From: Octopus vulgaris
Taxonomy: Eukaryota
Assembly (NCBI GenBank): GCA_951406725.2
Contig: OX597817.1
Coordinates: 149,358,001 to 149,422,000 of the forward strand
Length of the DNA stretch: 64,000 bases
Direction of reading: 5' to 3'
Positions 25,973 through 39,320 of the stretch are shown in pieces (position 1 is the first letter of the stretch; each line of letters starts with the position of its first letter). The position numbers and the translations under genes are program-made. Under the pieces are notes generated by a model, which saw nothing but the letters and a program-made list of their open reading frames with translations, ran no database searches and was not told where the DNA came from.

Positions 25973-26569
25973 ATGTCACTGGTTGTCTATGGCGATGCCT
26001 TCACATCAGATAGAAGTACTGAGTGGCGGCATAATGTCCGATGTTTCTCCATATCAGTACAACTTCTGTTACATATCTAGAAACAGACTATATCGATCAA
26101 TTGTTTAATTGATTGATTGTTTTTCCATAACTTTTACAAGAATGGTTAGAACAAAAAGTTTTGGGTATGTCTTGAGAGACAATACTACTATTAAAATTTT
26201 TCTTCTGTAGTACCCCATACGATGACTTCAATTTAATATATAAGTTTACGAAATATACGTCAGTGATATGAAACCATCGTGACGTACTGGCCATGTTTGG
26301 ACAGTCTTAAACATAGTTAAAAGCTTTTACTAAACACACAGACTATTACTGACGACAGGATAGAAACGATTGATCCCTTGGAAGTCCCACAAGTATCGTA
26401 ATGCTTCAGGCTGCGAACGGATATATAATAGAAAGCCGACGCAAAATCGATACCTGTTATAGAATTGTTCAAATTGTGCTGTATTTAGAGTGTTATACTC
26501 TGTGTTATACTTGCAGTGTTATATCTACATTGCTATACTGACTATGTTATACATAAAATATTATACTAT

Positions 26570-26875
26570 GTGAAGGTGCATGCCTCAGTGATTAGAACGT
26601 CGAGCTTACGATCGTGAGGTTGTGAGTTCCAATCCCGGACCGGGCTGCGTGTGGTGTTCTTGAGCAAGACACTTTATTTCACGTTGCTCCAGTTCACTCA
26701 GCTGTAGAAATGTATCTGCTGTTGCCTCTCTCTTGGATAACATCAGTGGTGTGAGAGGGGAGGCCGGTATACATGGGCGACTGCTGGTCTTCAATAAACA
26801 ACCTTGCCGGACTTGTACCTGGGAGGGTAACTTTCTAGGTGCAATCACACGGTCAGTCATGACCGTAGGGGGACT
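26570..26875 (+). mobile_element. SINE head D + tail T4
   Basis: Tail gggtaactttctaggtgcaatc...catgaccg shared with 34587 and 35776. Confidence 0.9.
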
Positions 26876-26967
26876 CAATATACTACGACATACTTATTCT
26901 GATAGTGCTGAACCCATAGCATTATTCTGGCAGTATTATGCTTGACAGTTTAATCCCTACAGTTGAA

Positions 26968-27180
26968 AGACGGCGTGCTGGAAGAACCGTTAGCACGCCG
27001 GACAAAATACTTAGCGACATTCTGTTTGCCTTTACGTTCTGAGTTCAAATTCCGCCAACGTTGACTTTACCTTTTATCCTTTCGAGTTCAATAAAATACG
27101 TACCAGTTGAACACTGGGTTCGATGTAATCCACTTACCCCAACTCCTAAACATTGCTTGCCCTATGCCAAAACTTAAAAT
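26968..27180 (+). mobile_element. SINE family A, diverged
   Basis: Head, core and a2 tail recognisable. Confidence 0.82.
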
Positions 27181-28054
27181 AATACGTAATGTTGTTTTGG
27201 GGATGTTACATTATACTTAGACTATTATACTGGCAAAGGTTTTATACTCACAGTGTTATTAAGGTAATGTTATATGGCAGTTTTGTATCGGCCGTGTTAT
27301 ACTGAGAATTACTTGACATTTAACATGACACTTCATCAAGACACTTGAGCTTTATATATTTCAGTGTTTGATAAACGACGTCAAGCATTCAATAATTGCA
27401 TATTCCTTGCCAGAAGCGGAGCTCTTGCCTGTGATATAATGCCTGTGCTTGTCACAAATTGGAAATCACTCCACTAGTACCCTGCTCCAAAATAAGAAGC
27501 AACTATAAAGTATACGCCACAACAAAGAGTGCATTGTTTTAGAACAAGCTGTGGAATATTTTACGGCAAAGACCTGCGAAATTTTCGGTTATGGTTAAAA
27601 TAGTTTGTTTATATGATGTAATAATTCGTCAATGGCGGGATAAAACTCTGCGAGGTTCGGCATCAACAATAATGTTCTAAACACTAATGAAATAGGGATA
27701 TTAATGTTTATAAATTGTGGCCAAGAGAGGTCAGACTGAGAGGTGACTGAACTCAATGCTTTTGTTGAGCACTGTGAACCTTACAAAGTCAGAAGTTTTG
27801 CTGGGGAAAGCGAGAAAGAGTAAATGAGAAATAATTATGCATTACTTTCCTTAGGGCATTAGTAGAATAGATGAGATAAAAATGGTCCGGCCAGGATTCG
27901 AAACAGGAACAGTGAAAACGGCTTATCTATATTCCACTGTATTCTCACTTAGAAGTACAACTACTTATCTGAAGAAGATGCATTGTTAAGACCATTATAA
28001 AGGAAACTGAAACTCCAATATTAATAATGATATACATTATATACATACATACAA

Positions 28055-28123
<69 letters not shown>

Positions 28124-28134
28124 TATATATATAT

Positions 28135-28213
<79 letters not shown>

Positions 28214-28931
28214 TATGGATGGATAGATAGAGCACATTTTGATGGACAAGGTATTAAAAACCGCTTAGACGATGTATTTATATCGTACAACAGGACGGTT
28301 GATTATTGTTTTTGACACATTCAATTATAGTTGCCGCAAGATATTTACTTATACTTATCGAATTCCATATTCTATTTGATTGTCGGGACAGGACATGTAT
28401 GCGTGTGTATTCCTATGCATGTACTTAAATATATGTATGTGTATATGTACAGGTATATATGTAAATATGTAGGTATGTATGTATGTATGCATTTGAGTAT
28501 GTGCAAATAGGGAGCCATTTTTTTTTCTGTCAGACGTTATATTAAAGACACGACTGTATAATAGCTATTTCTTTTTTAAATACTCACATTCTGTCGTGAC
28601 GATGAGGAGCAGAAGACCTAGAAACATAAATGGATTAATAGATAGATATAGGAAGAATAATGTTCCAAGCTAAATATAAAAGGCTAATAGGAAAATATGA
28701 ACAATCCGTAAGAAAGAAGCTTAAACTCAAACAGTTGTGATTTTACGATAACACACGTGTGTGTAAACACTCACACATGTATGTATGTATGTATGTATGT
28801 ATGTATGTATGTATGTATGTATGTATGTATGTATGTATGTATGTATGTATGTATGTATGTATGTATGTATGAATGTATGTTTGTTTGTATGTATTATGTA
28901 CGTATATGTGTGCGTGTGTTGTGAGATATTT

Positions 28932-28966
<35 letters not shown>

Positions 28967-29269
28967 TTATGAGTGTATGTATTATGTTTTTTAAAAGGTA
29001 GGCGTCAGGTGTCTGCAGCCAGCGGCACTCTCTCAGAGAAGACATTAATTCCAAGCAGAATCCCCAAAGTAGGGGACTAGATGGAGCCGTCTAGATGAAG
29101 CAGTCCATAAGACTGAGAATTACTCTTGTTGTTTAGTGTCAGGTCAGCTCTGACTGAGCAGACATATTATCACACATGTTCTGGTCGTGATCATTTGTAG
29201 GTGGGTGGCTGGCTGGCAACTACTGCTTGAGGCGGATTGCTCGCACACGCCATTATTTATCATACAGAA

Positions 29270-29780
29270 AAACGCTCTCACAGCTGCACTAACGATAAAA
29301 AGGTATCACAAGCCTGTCTTGATGATATCACAATCCTGCAGCGACACTTAATTACCATGCACAAGTGGGCTGCAGAAACCAACCAGGAGTTAGATGCTCG
29401 AAAACTTAAGCGCTACACTAGTAGTTCATTAACGCATCACAATCGGAAAACACAAGACCTGGAGTGTTTGGGGCCACAGAGTCGTAATCAGTGGGTCACA
29501 CAGCAATCAATGAGTAATAGTACATCGCCCCACGGGCGTATAACTGAGAGGTGCAAACGGATGGTCGGCTGGATTTTGAGATCATTCGAAGCAAAAGAAT
29601 ACAGGAAGACATTGGTCTTGGTTGGAGAGAACATTTGTTATAAGCCATCGGGACTATTGCTTTCCATTATCGTCGTCACACAGTCACGAAATTATTGTGG
29701 GACATGAGGTATTCCTCCGCAGTTATACCAAGAAGATTGCCTCAAAGTAATGGACGACCTGTTGAGAGAGGCTGAATGAA
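29270..29780 (+). mobile_element. Decayed CR1-group LINE ORF2 fragment (RT C-terminal region)
   Basis: ITILQRHLITMHKWAAETNQELDARK, CKRMVGWILRSF, then frameshifted WRTFVISHRDYC...RSYTKKI, like the CR1 motifs LQ.DL....W...N.M..N..K, GWILR.F and LDYC..LW.P...QR..TK.I. Confidence 0.75.
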
Positions 29781-30047
29781 AATGTTAAGACAACTGTTAT
29801 GCTGATGACGCTCCAAAAGTCTGTCATTTTTTTTAATGGCATGTTAATTTTGGAGAATGCTTCACTTTTAAGATTACCTCCCTTATCATATGGAACTGGT
29901 CTAAGTTGTCATTTGGTAATTATAGATTTGAAATGATGGCGCATGACTAGCAATTTCCTTCAGACCCAACCTTCTCAATCTGGAGTTAGAACCCGTTACC
30001 GCTTAGAGTTCAAAACCCCACAACACTTCATTGTGTTAGCAAACCCA

Positions 30048-30217
30048 CATAAGAGAATTGTGTGCAAGAAAAAGCTGAACTTTTTTCTTTTCCAGTAATA
30101 TCCCAAAGGAATTTGTGCCACGGTAAGAATCGCATAAGAGAATTGTGTGCAAGAAAAAGCTGAACTTTTTTCTTTTCCAGTAATATCCCAAAGGAATTTG
30201 TGCCACGGTAAGAATCG
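30048..30217. repeat. Exact 85-bp tandem duplication
   Basis: cataagagaattgtgtgcaag...ggtaagaatcg at 30048 and 30133. Confidence 0.95.
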
Positions 30218-30493
30218 CACATGGTTAAAGGCGATCCAAATCGTTTTCATCCACACCAGAAACCAAAAGCAGAGAGAAGGAAAATGATAGTAGTATTAAA
30301 AGCAAAAGCATATATTTTCAAGAACTCACTACTCGAATGGATCATAAACAAAACTTGACTTGAAAAGGATTTAGATAATCCTATCAGGTGGTGCTATTAA
30401 GTTAGACATGGCTTGGACCAATTTTTGGTCGAAACATATCTAAGTTTCTATAGGTCTACACACATGTGTGTGTATATAAGATAAATGTATATA

Positions 30494-30930
30494 GGCGTAG
30501 GAGTGGCCGTGTGGTGTGTAGCTTGCTTACCAACCACATGGTTTAGAGTTCAATCCCACTGCATAGCACCTTGGGCAAGTGTCTTCTACAATAGCCTCGG
30601 GCCGTCCAAAGCCTTGTGAGTGGATTTGTAGATGGTATCTGAAAGAAGCCCGTCGTATATGTGTGTGCGCGCGTGTGTGTGTGTGTGTGTGTGTGTGTGT
30701 CTGTCTGTCTGTCTGTCTGTGTGCATATGTCTGTGTGTCTGTGTGTGTCCGCCCAATATCGCTTTGCAACCGATGCTGGTGTGTCTACGTCCCCGTAACG
30801 TAGCGGTTCGGCAAAAGAAACCGATAGAATAAGTACTAGGCTTACAAAGAATAAGTCCTGGGGTCGATTTGCATGACTAAAGGCGGTGCTCCACATGGCT
30901 GCAGTGAACTGACTGAAACAAGTAAAAGAA
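30494..30930 (+). mobile_element. SINE family B, full length with expanded internal (TG)n
   Basis: Colinear with 9401-9820. Confidence 0.93.
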
Positions 30931-30955
30931 TATATATGTGTGTGTGTGTGTGTGT

Positions 30956-31007
<52 letters not shown>

Positions 31008-31142
31008 ATGTACATGTATATGTATATAAGTAGGGATATATACATACACGCAAATATGTACATAAGTATACGTATATAAATACGCGCATATGATTGTGTG
31101 CAAGTATATATATTTGTATAAGTATTTATGCATAAGCATATA

Positions 31143-31182
<40 letters not shown>

Positions 31183-31768
31183 CACACATATGCATATATT
31201 TATATACACGTATGTATGTGTTTATGTACGTATGGATGTATATATGTATGGATGTGTATATAAATATTTACACGTGCCCATCGAAATGTACTTTAGAGAA
31301 AAAGATGCCGATTAATCAATTTGTTTACAAGCAAAACATTTTCCATGCGCTCATGTGTGAATTTGTTTATTCATGAATGTAAATATATACATATGCACGT
31401 GCAGCATTCTCTATGTCTCACTCGTACAACACATACACGCGCACAGTTTCTTTTTTTTTTTTTTACCTTCTCTGTCCTTATCTCTTAACACCTTTCTGCA
31501 GCTCCCTCCCTCCCTCCCTGCCGTTCCCTCCCTCTTTGCCGCTGTCACCCCCTCTCTACGTTGCTCTCTACATCCCTCTATGTCGCTCTCTTTCTCCCTC
31601 CTGCCGCTCTCCTCCCCTCTCTGTGTTTCTCTCATCCTCTATTTCTCTTTCTTCCTCCCCTTTCTCTCTCTTCATCCTCCCTGATCTCTCACTCTCTGTC
31701 TCTCCTTCTTCCCTCTTTCTACCTGTCATTTTTCTTCCTCCCTCTCTCCTTCCTCCTTCTCTTCCACT

Positions 31769-31849
<81 letters not shown>

Positions 31850-32258
31850 TGTCTATCTATCTGTCTGTCAATCTGTCTGTCTATCTAAAGCGATATCTCA
31901 TTAAAACTTGTATTAATTTGTCTTCCATGCTCAAAACCCCATAGCGACTCGTCTTTGGTATCTAAATAATTCAACAATTCTGTTTTTAATTCAGAAAAAT
32001 TTTCTGTTATCAAAATGCAATATGTATATTTCGTTTCCTTACTTTCTGCGATATGGTATGTAGCAGTTAAACATAAGTTCAAATGCTGAGTTATATTCCT
32101 TGCAGAAATTTACCACTTTTGTCTCTTTCTCGGAATTAGCAATTCTGAAACAGAAACACAAAATTACTACAACAAAAAAAAAATGTGAAATGGAAGTTAT
32201 GTGCAGGAGATCTAGTCCAGTATTTAAATATACATATTCCTACATTTACTCGATTTCA

Positions 32259-32318
<60 letters not shown>

Positions 32319-32334
32319 TATGTGTGTGTGTATT

Positions 32335-32597
32335 GAGGCGCAATGGCCCAATGGTTGGGGCAGTGGACCGGGCGTTGTGAGTGTTTATTGAGCAAAAAGA
32401 CCTAAAGCTCAACGAGGCTCCGGCAGGGGGTGGTGGCGATCCCTGCTATACTCTTTCGCCACAACGTTCTCTCACTCTTTATTCTATAGGCCTACTCGCT
32501 TAGCCAGCGGGGTGGCGTCATTTGAAAGCTAAAACAATGCGAAGCGCATTGTGACCAGCGATGTGTAGCAACATCTGATAGCCTGATAGGTCACGTG
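32335..32597 (+). mobile_element. SINE head C + tail T2, internal deletion in head
   Basis: gaggcgcaatggccca head; tail gcattgtgaccagcgatgtgtagcaacatctgatagcc. Confidence 0.88.
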
Positions 32598-33315
32598 AGA
32601 TATATATATATATATATATATGTATGCATGTATGCATGTAAACATGTATGAATGAATATTCATATGTATGAATGTGTATGTGTATGTGTGTGTACATGTT
32701 TGAGTATATATATGTATGAATGAATGTTCGTACGTATGTTATCATCTGAGATATATCTTGTCGTTACCCCTGTTACTTGTGTGTCATCGATAATCGTATA
32801 ACAAAGAAAATTATTTCCAGCTGACACAGTTTATCTAAATCTATAGATTCGATGTTTTCAGGAGCAGATTAGATACATTCTCACAGGATCTGTAACAGTG
32901 GTTAAAATGAAGCGAAGATGAGAATGAATGTGACGCCGAAATTCCATTGATTGCACTTCAAATGTTGACAGGAATTAAGTCAATCATCGATATATTTGAT
33001 GTCAATAGAGATATTTGTTCGGTGATAATATATTTATTTACTCAGCTAGACAATTTGAGCGTAAATGATAGGGACCCGAACTAAAGCCAACTCACCATTT
33101 AGTTTTGATGATCACCTTTCCTTGCTCAAACATATTCTCTTTACGTACAGCAAGTGATAGGTTTTCTCCGGCATTAAACAAGATATACAGGCGCAGTGTT
33201 AGTGTATGTAAGTACATATATATAGAGAGAGAGTTTACGAAAAAAAACAAAAGACGAAGACAGGTGGTGTACAAAACAAACAGATGTATTAGTATAACGC
33301 TCAGGAATAGAAAAA

Positions 33316-33357
33316 GTCTTTTACGTTTCGAGCCTACGCTCTTCTACAGAAAGGGAC
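33316..33357 (-). ncRNA. Minimal hammerhead-ribozyme-like motif (Penelope-like element remnant)
   Basis: Minus strand CTTT-CTGTAGA-A-GAGC-gtag-GCTC-GAAAC-GTA-AAAG: stem I CTTT/AAAG, stem II GAGC/GCTC, palindromic ACGT stem III, GUA triplet; core has one mismatch to CUGANGA. Confidence 0.5.
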
Positions 33358-34543
33358 ACAGAAAAAACAAGGAGAGAAAAAAAATGTGTGTAGTGGCTAA
33401 CAATTTATCATATAAATATATGCACACACACGCACACACAAGCATAACTGGGTCACTTGGGTCAATTATCTCCACCCCCTGCTATGAACTCCAATAATCC
33501 CCATACGTCTTTGTCTTTACTTCAACATAAACCTAGTGTTGTGTAGGTCATTAGAGAGATGGATATGTAATCTGACAGACACAGAATAAGCTGGAAACAA
33601 ATCGTACAGACAATAAAAAAATTTGTGCAATCTGCCTGGTGAATTGTCCAATGGAGAAATTTACTGTTGCGTCTTTAGTGTCAAAGATGGATTAACGGAG
33701 CACTGATAATCGTATTATATCTTATATGTGCATGGACAGAGAAAATTTGAGTGATAGAGTAAGTGGCAGAAAGAGAAGAAGAAAGAGAGAAGGAAAGGAA
33801 AAGAGAAAAGATGGAAATAAAAGCAGAAGAGAACAGATAGAGAGAGAGAGAGATTGAAGCAGAAGGACAGAAATATAGAAAGAAAATACGAAACTAAAAC
33901 ATCAATGGTGGATATATTATCTATGGGAAACATTAATCAGTGAAATCAGTGTCGTCTGCTGCCAGCGAGATAATCTGTATGTTTTATATAGTTCGGTGCT
34001 TTGTTGTCCTGAATTCAATTCATTTTCACGTCTGCTATGCCTTTCATTTATGAAAGATCGATAACGTATTTGCTTATCATTCATTGACTTGTCTTGAATC
34101 TATCAACGAATAGTTTGGGCAGCAAGTATCTGAGATTATAAGGCGTTCATCAGATTTCCGTTGCGTATATTCATACAATGAACTACATCATAAGCCACAT
34201 TGACTCTGAGAAAAAGCCTATACCTGTTATACTGTATTAGTGTTCCCATGGGCAATGGAAGTCTGTTGGACATTTTGCGTGTAATCGTCCCACAAGCAAT
34301 GGGAGGGCAGGATTGCTCTTAGATCTGCAAGTTTTGAGTGCAAGTTCTTCCATAGCCCAAGTCTGCTATTTGCTAACATCCGTATCAAAGCACTGAGATG
34401 TGTCTCAATTTCTCTAGCTGGGTAGGATCGCTCGTAAAACTGCGACATAATTTAAATGATATGTAGTTTTAAAAATGCGATATACATCTGTGATATAGTT
34501 TGAACAAGCCTATGCAGTTGATGAACTGTTCTTTATATATAAT

Positions 34544-34586
<43 letters not shown>

Positions 34587-34591
<5 letters not shown>

Positions 34592-34920
34592 GGCGATTGG
34601 CTCAGTGGTTAGAACGTCGAGCTTACGATCGTGAGGTTGTCACTTCGATTCCCGGACCGGGCTGTGCGCTGTGTTCCTGAGTAAGACACTTTATTTCACG
34701 TTGCTCCAGTTAAGTCAGCTGTAGAAATGAGTTGCGACATCACTGGTGCCAAGCTGTATCGGCCTTTGCCTTTCCCTTGGATAACATCAGTGATGTGCAG
34801 AAGGGAGGCTGGTATGCATGAGCGACAGCTTGCCTTCCACACACAATCTTGCCCTGACTTGTGCCTCGGAGGGTAACTTTCTAGGTGCAATTCCATGGTA
34901 ATTCATGACCGAAGGTGTTT
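34587..34920 (+). mobile_element. SINE head D + tail T4
   Basis: Colinear with 26570 and 35776. Confidence 0.92.
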
Positions 34921-34960
<40 letters not shown>

Positions 34961-35775
34961 TATATTGTTAAGATTTAGGTCATGAGAGAATTTCAATTCA
35001 GACTTGCAAGCTAAAACAGGCTAACATTGCCTACGGTGATAGGAGTCTCAACACGGTCGCCAGAAATAGCAGCAAAATTCCTCGATAAAATGTATCCCCA
35101 ATGCCTTAAAAAAGGGTGAGGAATGCATATAATGAGATGCTCAGTGCTTGAACGCTCTTAAGTATGTTTCATTATTCAAGTTTCATCTGCTTCTACATGA
35201 CAACAACAAAAGATCCTCAACTTAAAACACATTTACAACCAGACTATGCCATGAAAAGTTAAGTTTTATGGCCATAGACTCAGAACAAGATAGAATATTA
35301 ATAGACATCAACCATTGATAATTTAACCAGAAGTCTGACAATGTAACGACAATTAGCAACCTCGGGTCTTACCTCTGTAATTTACATTGATTCAGTCATA
35401 AATAATTTTCCGGGGGTTTTTTTTGGTGGTGGGGTGGGGGTTCTATGTCTGGAGGAAGGAACTGGAGACTGGTGAACTCTGTCATTCATAGTCTGCTTCA
35501 AGACATGAGTGAGGAGGAGATTCCAGAGGGACGATGTTCTGGGGAGAAAGCAGTGGATATAATGGTGAGTGTGGGATTAGACGAGACGAGAGTTATGAGT
35601 GGTTGAAAGCCACGTGGATCGAGGTGTTGAGTAATGGAGGTACGAGACCCGTCGGAGGAACGGATGCCAATATAGTAGCAATAAAAAAAAGACAGAGAGA
35701 AGAGACAGTATACCAATGGTTGAGAGGCTAGCGTGTGGCCGATACAGGACGTTCTTGAGTAATTACCGAAAATAT

Positions 35776-36115
35776 GTGAAGGGGCATGGATCAGTGGTTA
35801 GAGCGTCGGGCTCACAATCATGAGGTAGTGAGTTCGATTCCCGGATCGGGCTGTGCGTTGCGCACTTGAGCAGGACACTTTGTTTCACGTTGCTCCAGTT
35901 CACTCAGCTGTTGAAATGAGTTGCGACGTCACTGGTGCCAAGCTGTATCGGCATTTACCTTACCCTTGGACAACATTAGTGGCGTGGAGAGAGGAGGCTG
36001 GTATGCACTGGAAACTACTGGTCTTCCGTGAACAACCTCGCCCGGACTTGTGCCTTATGGGGTAACTTTCTAGTGGCATTCTCATGGTCATCATGACCGA
36101 AGGGGTTCTTTACCC
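35776..36115 (+). mobile_element. SINE head D + tail T4
   Basis: A-box tggatcagtggtta, B-box gagttcgattccc, T4 tail. Confidence 0.92.
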
Positions 36116-36464
36116 TTTTACTGAAAATATAAAACGCTACAGTGTGGACTAATACGGAGGTCGAAAGAACATCAAAGATGTACGAACTCTTAATCAGTTC
36201 ATGACATTACACTGTTTCTGTTAAACACACTAAAATATAACCAAAGAGATTTCGGTGAAGATCTATTCACTTATAGCTAAGGTTCATATATTGACTTTCA
36301 TAATACTTTAAATAGATGTATGGATTATTACATCTATATGGTAATTTTGATATACAGCGCGTGCAAATGAATGCATTCAATGAATAAATTTGCTTGAGTT
36401 GTTCTGTGCATTGATTTGAAGAAAGAGCCAATATTTTGAAGTTGTATACATTGTAAAATATTCT

Positions 36465-37200
36465 TTTCCGAAATTTTGGGGGAAGGGGCCGGTCGATTTG
36501 ATCGACCCCAGTACGCCATTGGTACTTAATTTATCGACCCCGAAAGGATGAAAGGCAAAGTCGACCTCGGCGGTGTTTGAACTCAGAACATAAAGACAGA
36601 CGGAATACCTATTTCTTTACTACCAACAAGGGGCTAAACATAGAGGGGATGAACAAGGACAGACAAACGGATTAAGTCGATTACATCGACCTCAAGGTGT
36701 AACTGGTACTTTATTTATCGACCCCGAAAGGATGAAAGGCAAAGTCGACCTCGGCGGAATTTGAACTCAGAACGTTAAGACAGACGAAATACCTATTTCT
36801 TTATTACCCACAATGGGCTAACCATAGAGGGGACAAACAAGGACAGACATAGGTATTAAGTCGATTACATTGACCCCAGTGCGTAACTGGTACTTAATTT
36901 ATCGACTCCGAAAGGATGAAAGGCAAAGTCGACCTCGGTGGAGTTTGAACTCAGAACGTAAAGACAGACGTTTCTTTACAACCCACAAGGGGCTAAACGC
37001 AGCGGGGACAACAAGGACAGACAAACGGATTAAGTCGATTATATCGACCCCAGTGCATAACTGGTACTTATTTAATCAACCACGAAAAGATGAAAGGCAA
37101 AGTCGACCTCGGCGGAATTTGAACTCAGAACGCAGCGGCAGACGAAATACCGCTAAGCATTTCGCCCGGCGTGCTAACGTTTCTGCCAGCTTGCCGCCTT
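36465..37200 (-). mobile_element. SINE family A tetramer
   Basis: One head at 37200, four cores about 180 bp apart; three a1 tails then an a2 tail. Confidence 0.93.
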
Positions 37201-37312
37201 TACATTGTAAAATATTCAACAAAGAAAAGGGGAGGGAATGATTATGATGCACCTCTGCATGTTAGTGCATTCCTGCCGTTTTTCATGTCATGCAAACATA
37301 TTCTACTGATAG

Positions 37313-37540
37313 CAACAGACATGATGAATAGCTGACGAAGAGAGGCTTAAATGCCTCTTCATCTCTGTCAACGAATGTGATGTATAATTACCGGGGATGG
37401 ACTTAAAGCTCACGCTCCTACCAATAGATGTGATCTGCAGCTGACAGTGAAAGGCTTAAAAATATTACTTGCTCCCTATCAACAGATGTGATATATAACT
37501 GCGAAAGAGGGGATTAGAAAAACAGCAAGTCCTACTAACG
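37313..37540. repeat. Degenerate minisatellite, unit about 53-58 bp
   Basis: caacagatgtgat...ggcttaaa...ctccctat-like units start at 37313, 37369, 37422, 37480. Confidence 0.65.
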
Positions 37541-37924
37541 GATTAATGCTTGTCAACGGAGAACGGTTTATGAGGAATAGAGGAATAAAGGAATACAGTT
37601 AGGCAGGAGGTTCAGACTAAAGCTCCGTCTACAAATGTGATTCTGGAATTAAAACAGAACGAACTAGAATACATTCAGTTATTTCAACAGATGTTACAAA
37701 CAAATGTTAGATGTGCCGTTCCTGAAGAACGTTATAATCCGGTTCTATCAAGAAATATTATCCCATAGTGTGGGGCGGTGGCTTAAAAACATAATGAGAC
37801 CCAGTTATATGGTGCTTATAAGCTGCCCTATTTCAGCTGACTCCATATTGGCACAATTATAAACATGTATGTATGTATGTGGACTTACAAGTAATAATAT
37901 AGAGATACAGTAAAGAAAATACAG

Positions 37925-37974
<50 letters not shown>

Positions 37975-38411
37975 GTATATATATATATATATTGATGTAT
38001 ATTAATTATACATCACATTGATATTAATTGATATTAATCAAATTAATATTCAATTTTTCATCTTTATTATTTTAAATGTATATATATAATCGTTGCTATT
38101 ATGCGAAAGTGTCGTAAGTGCAAAACGTTGCTTTTTCAGAAAACAGAAAAAAATAGTTTCACCATTCCATTCCTTTTTACATTAGCAACAGTTTCAGCTT
38201 AACAATAATACTTTGTTGGGTGCATAAAATCGTAACTCCATGCATGTACGATATTTTCAGTCAGAAATATGTTTGCGAAACTGTCGTATGTGAAAAATGC
38301 TCAACCGTTGTACTACACTTTGATCATTTTCATATCATGGCATCTGAAGCAACTGGAGATACGATAGTTTGACTAAAAGAACTGGCTATTGCAAGTAAAA
38401 TTAAATATTTA

Positions 38412-38603
38412 TATCTTTATTGCCCACGGGTCTGAACATAGAGGAGACAAACAAGGACAGAAAAAGGGATTAAGTCAATTAGATCGACGCCGGTGCGTAA
38501 ATGGTACTTATTTAATCGACCCCGGAAGGATGAAAGACAAAGTCGACCTCGGCGGAATTTGAACTCAAAACGTAACGACAGACGAAATACCTATTTCTTT
38601 ACT
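38412..38603 (-). mobile_element. SINE family A, headless unit
   Basis: Core plus a1 tail, bounded by the ggtatttcgtctg junction. Confidence 0.88.
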
Positions 38604-39320
38604 ATGTTTTGCTTTGTTTTGCTTTTTTCCTTTTTGAAAGCACCTGGCCTACCTTAGTGGTTACGAGTATTCGTCTCATGACCGTAAGGTCGTGATTTCA
38701 ATTCCTGGCCTTGGTGTCACTCTTCATCTAAAAGCAAGTTAATTCATTTCATCATTTCACATTTTTAGATTCAATTCCACTGCAATAAGTACTAACTAGA
38801 TGTTAGTACAATCCTTACTTCTCTCTCTCTCTCTCGCTCTCTCTCTCCCTCTCTTTCCCTCTCTATCTCTATCTCTATCTCTCAGTCCCCTCCCCCTCTT
38901 TCTCTAGCTATCACGTCCTAAATGATCAGCTGGATTAAGGTGGACTTGCTCACAACTATACAGGCTTCTAAAAGGATTGGCGAAAGCATGGTACATGTAA
39001 TGAAGCCATATTCCTTCACCAATGACAGAGCCTGCACAGTATTTTTATATATTTTGTCCATCATTGGTAGAAGCCTCATTTTCTATTATCGATATGGACA
39101 TATCTCATCGGTTGCACTCAAGCACAATATTTAAGTTAGCGATATAAAAAGTGAATAAACTGAAGTAAACGGCAATACAATGATCCAGTAAGCTGAGTGC
39201 TTTTAATAACATTTGAAAGTGTGTGTGTTTCTTCTTTTATTTTTATAATATGGAATCTATTCAAACTACTGGCGGTGAATATGTAACCAATATATACAGT
39301 AAAATATCACCTGTGAACAC

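Noticed and set aside
33096-33165. Minus-strand 70-nt exon candidate (CACTAAC branch point, ATG|GTGAGT donor; NAGENLSLAVR resembles a PDZ end)
   Set aside because: Acceptor is a rare GAG with a poor pyrimidine tract and the peptide similarity is too short.
35445-35563. Purine-rich island with ATG|GTGAGT donor
   Set aside because: No acceptor or promoter support; could be decayed retroelement sequence.
36465-37200. CRISPR-like regular repeats
   Set aside because: Units are about 180-bp SINE modules without unique spacers; eukaryotic context and no cas genes.
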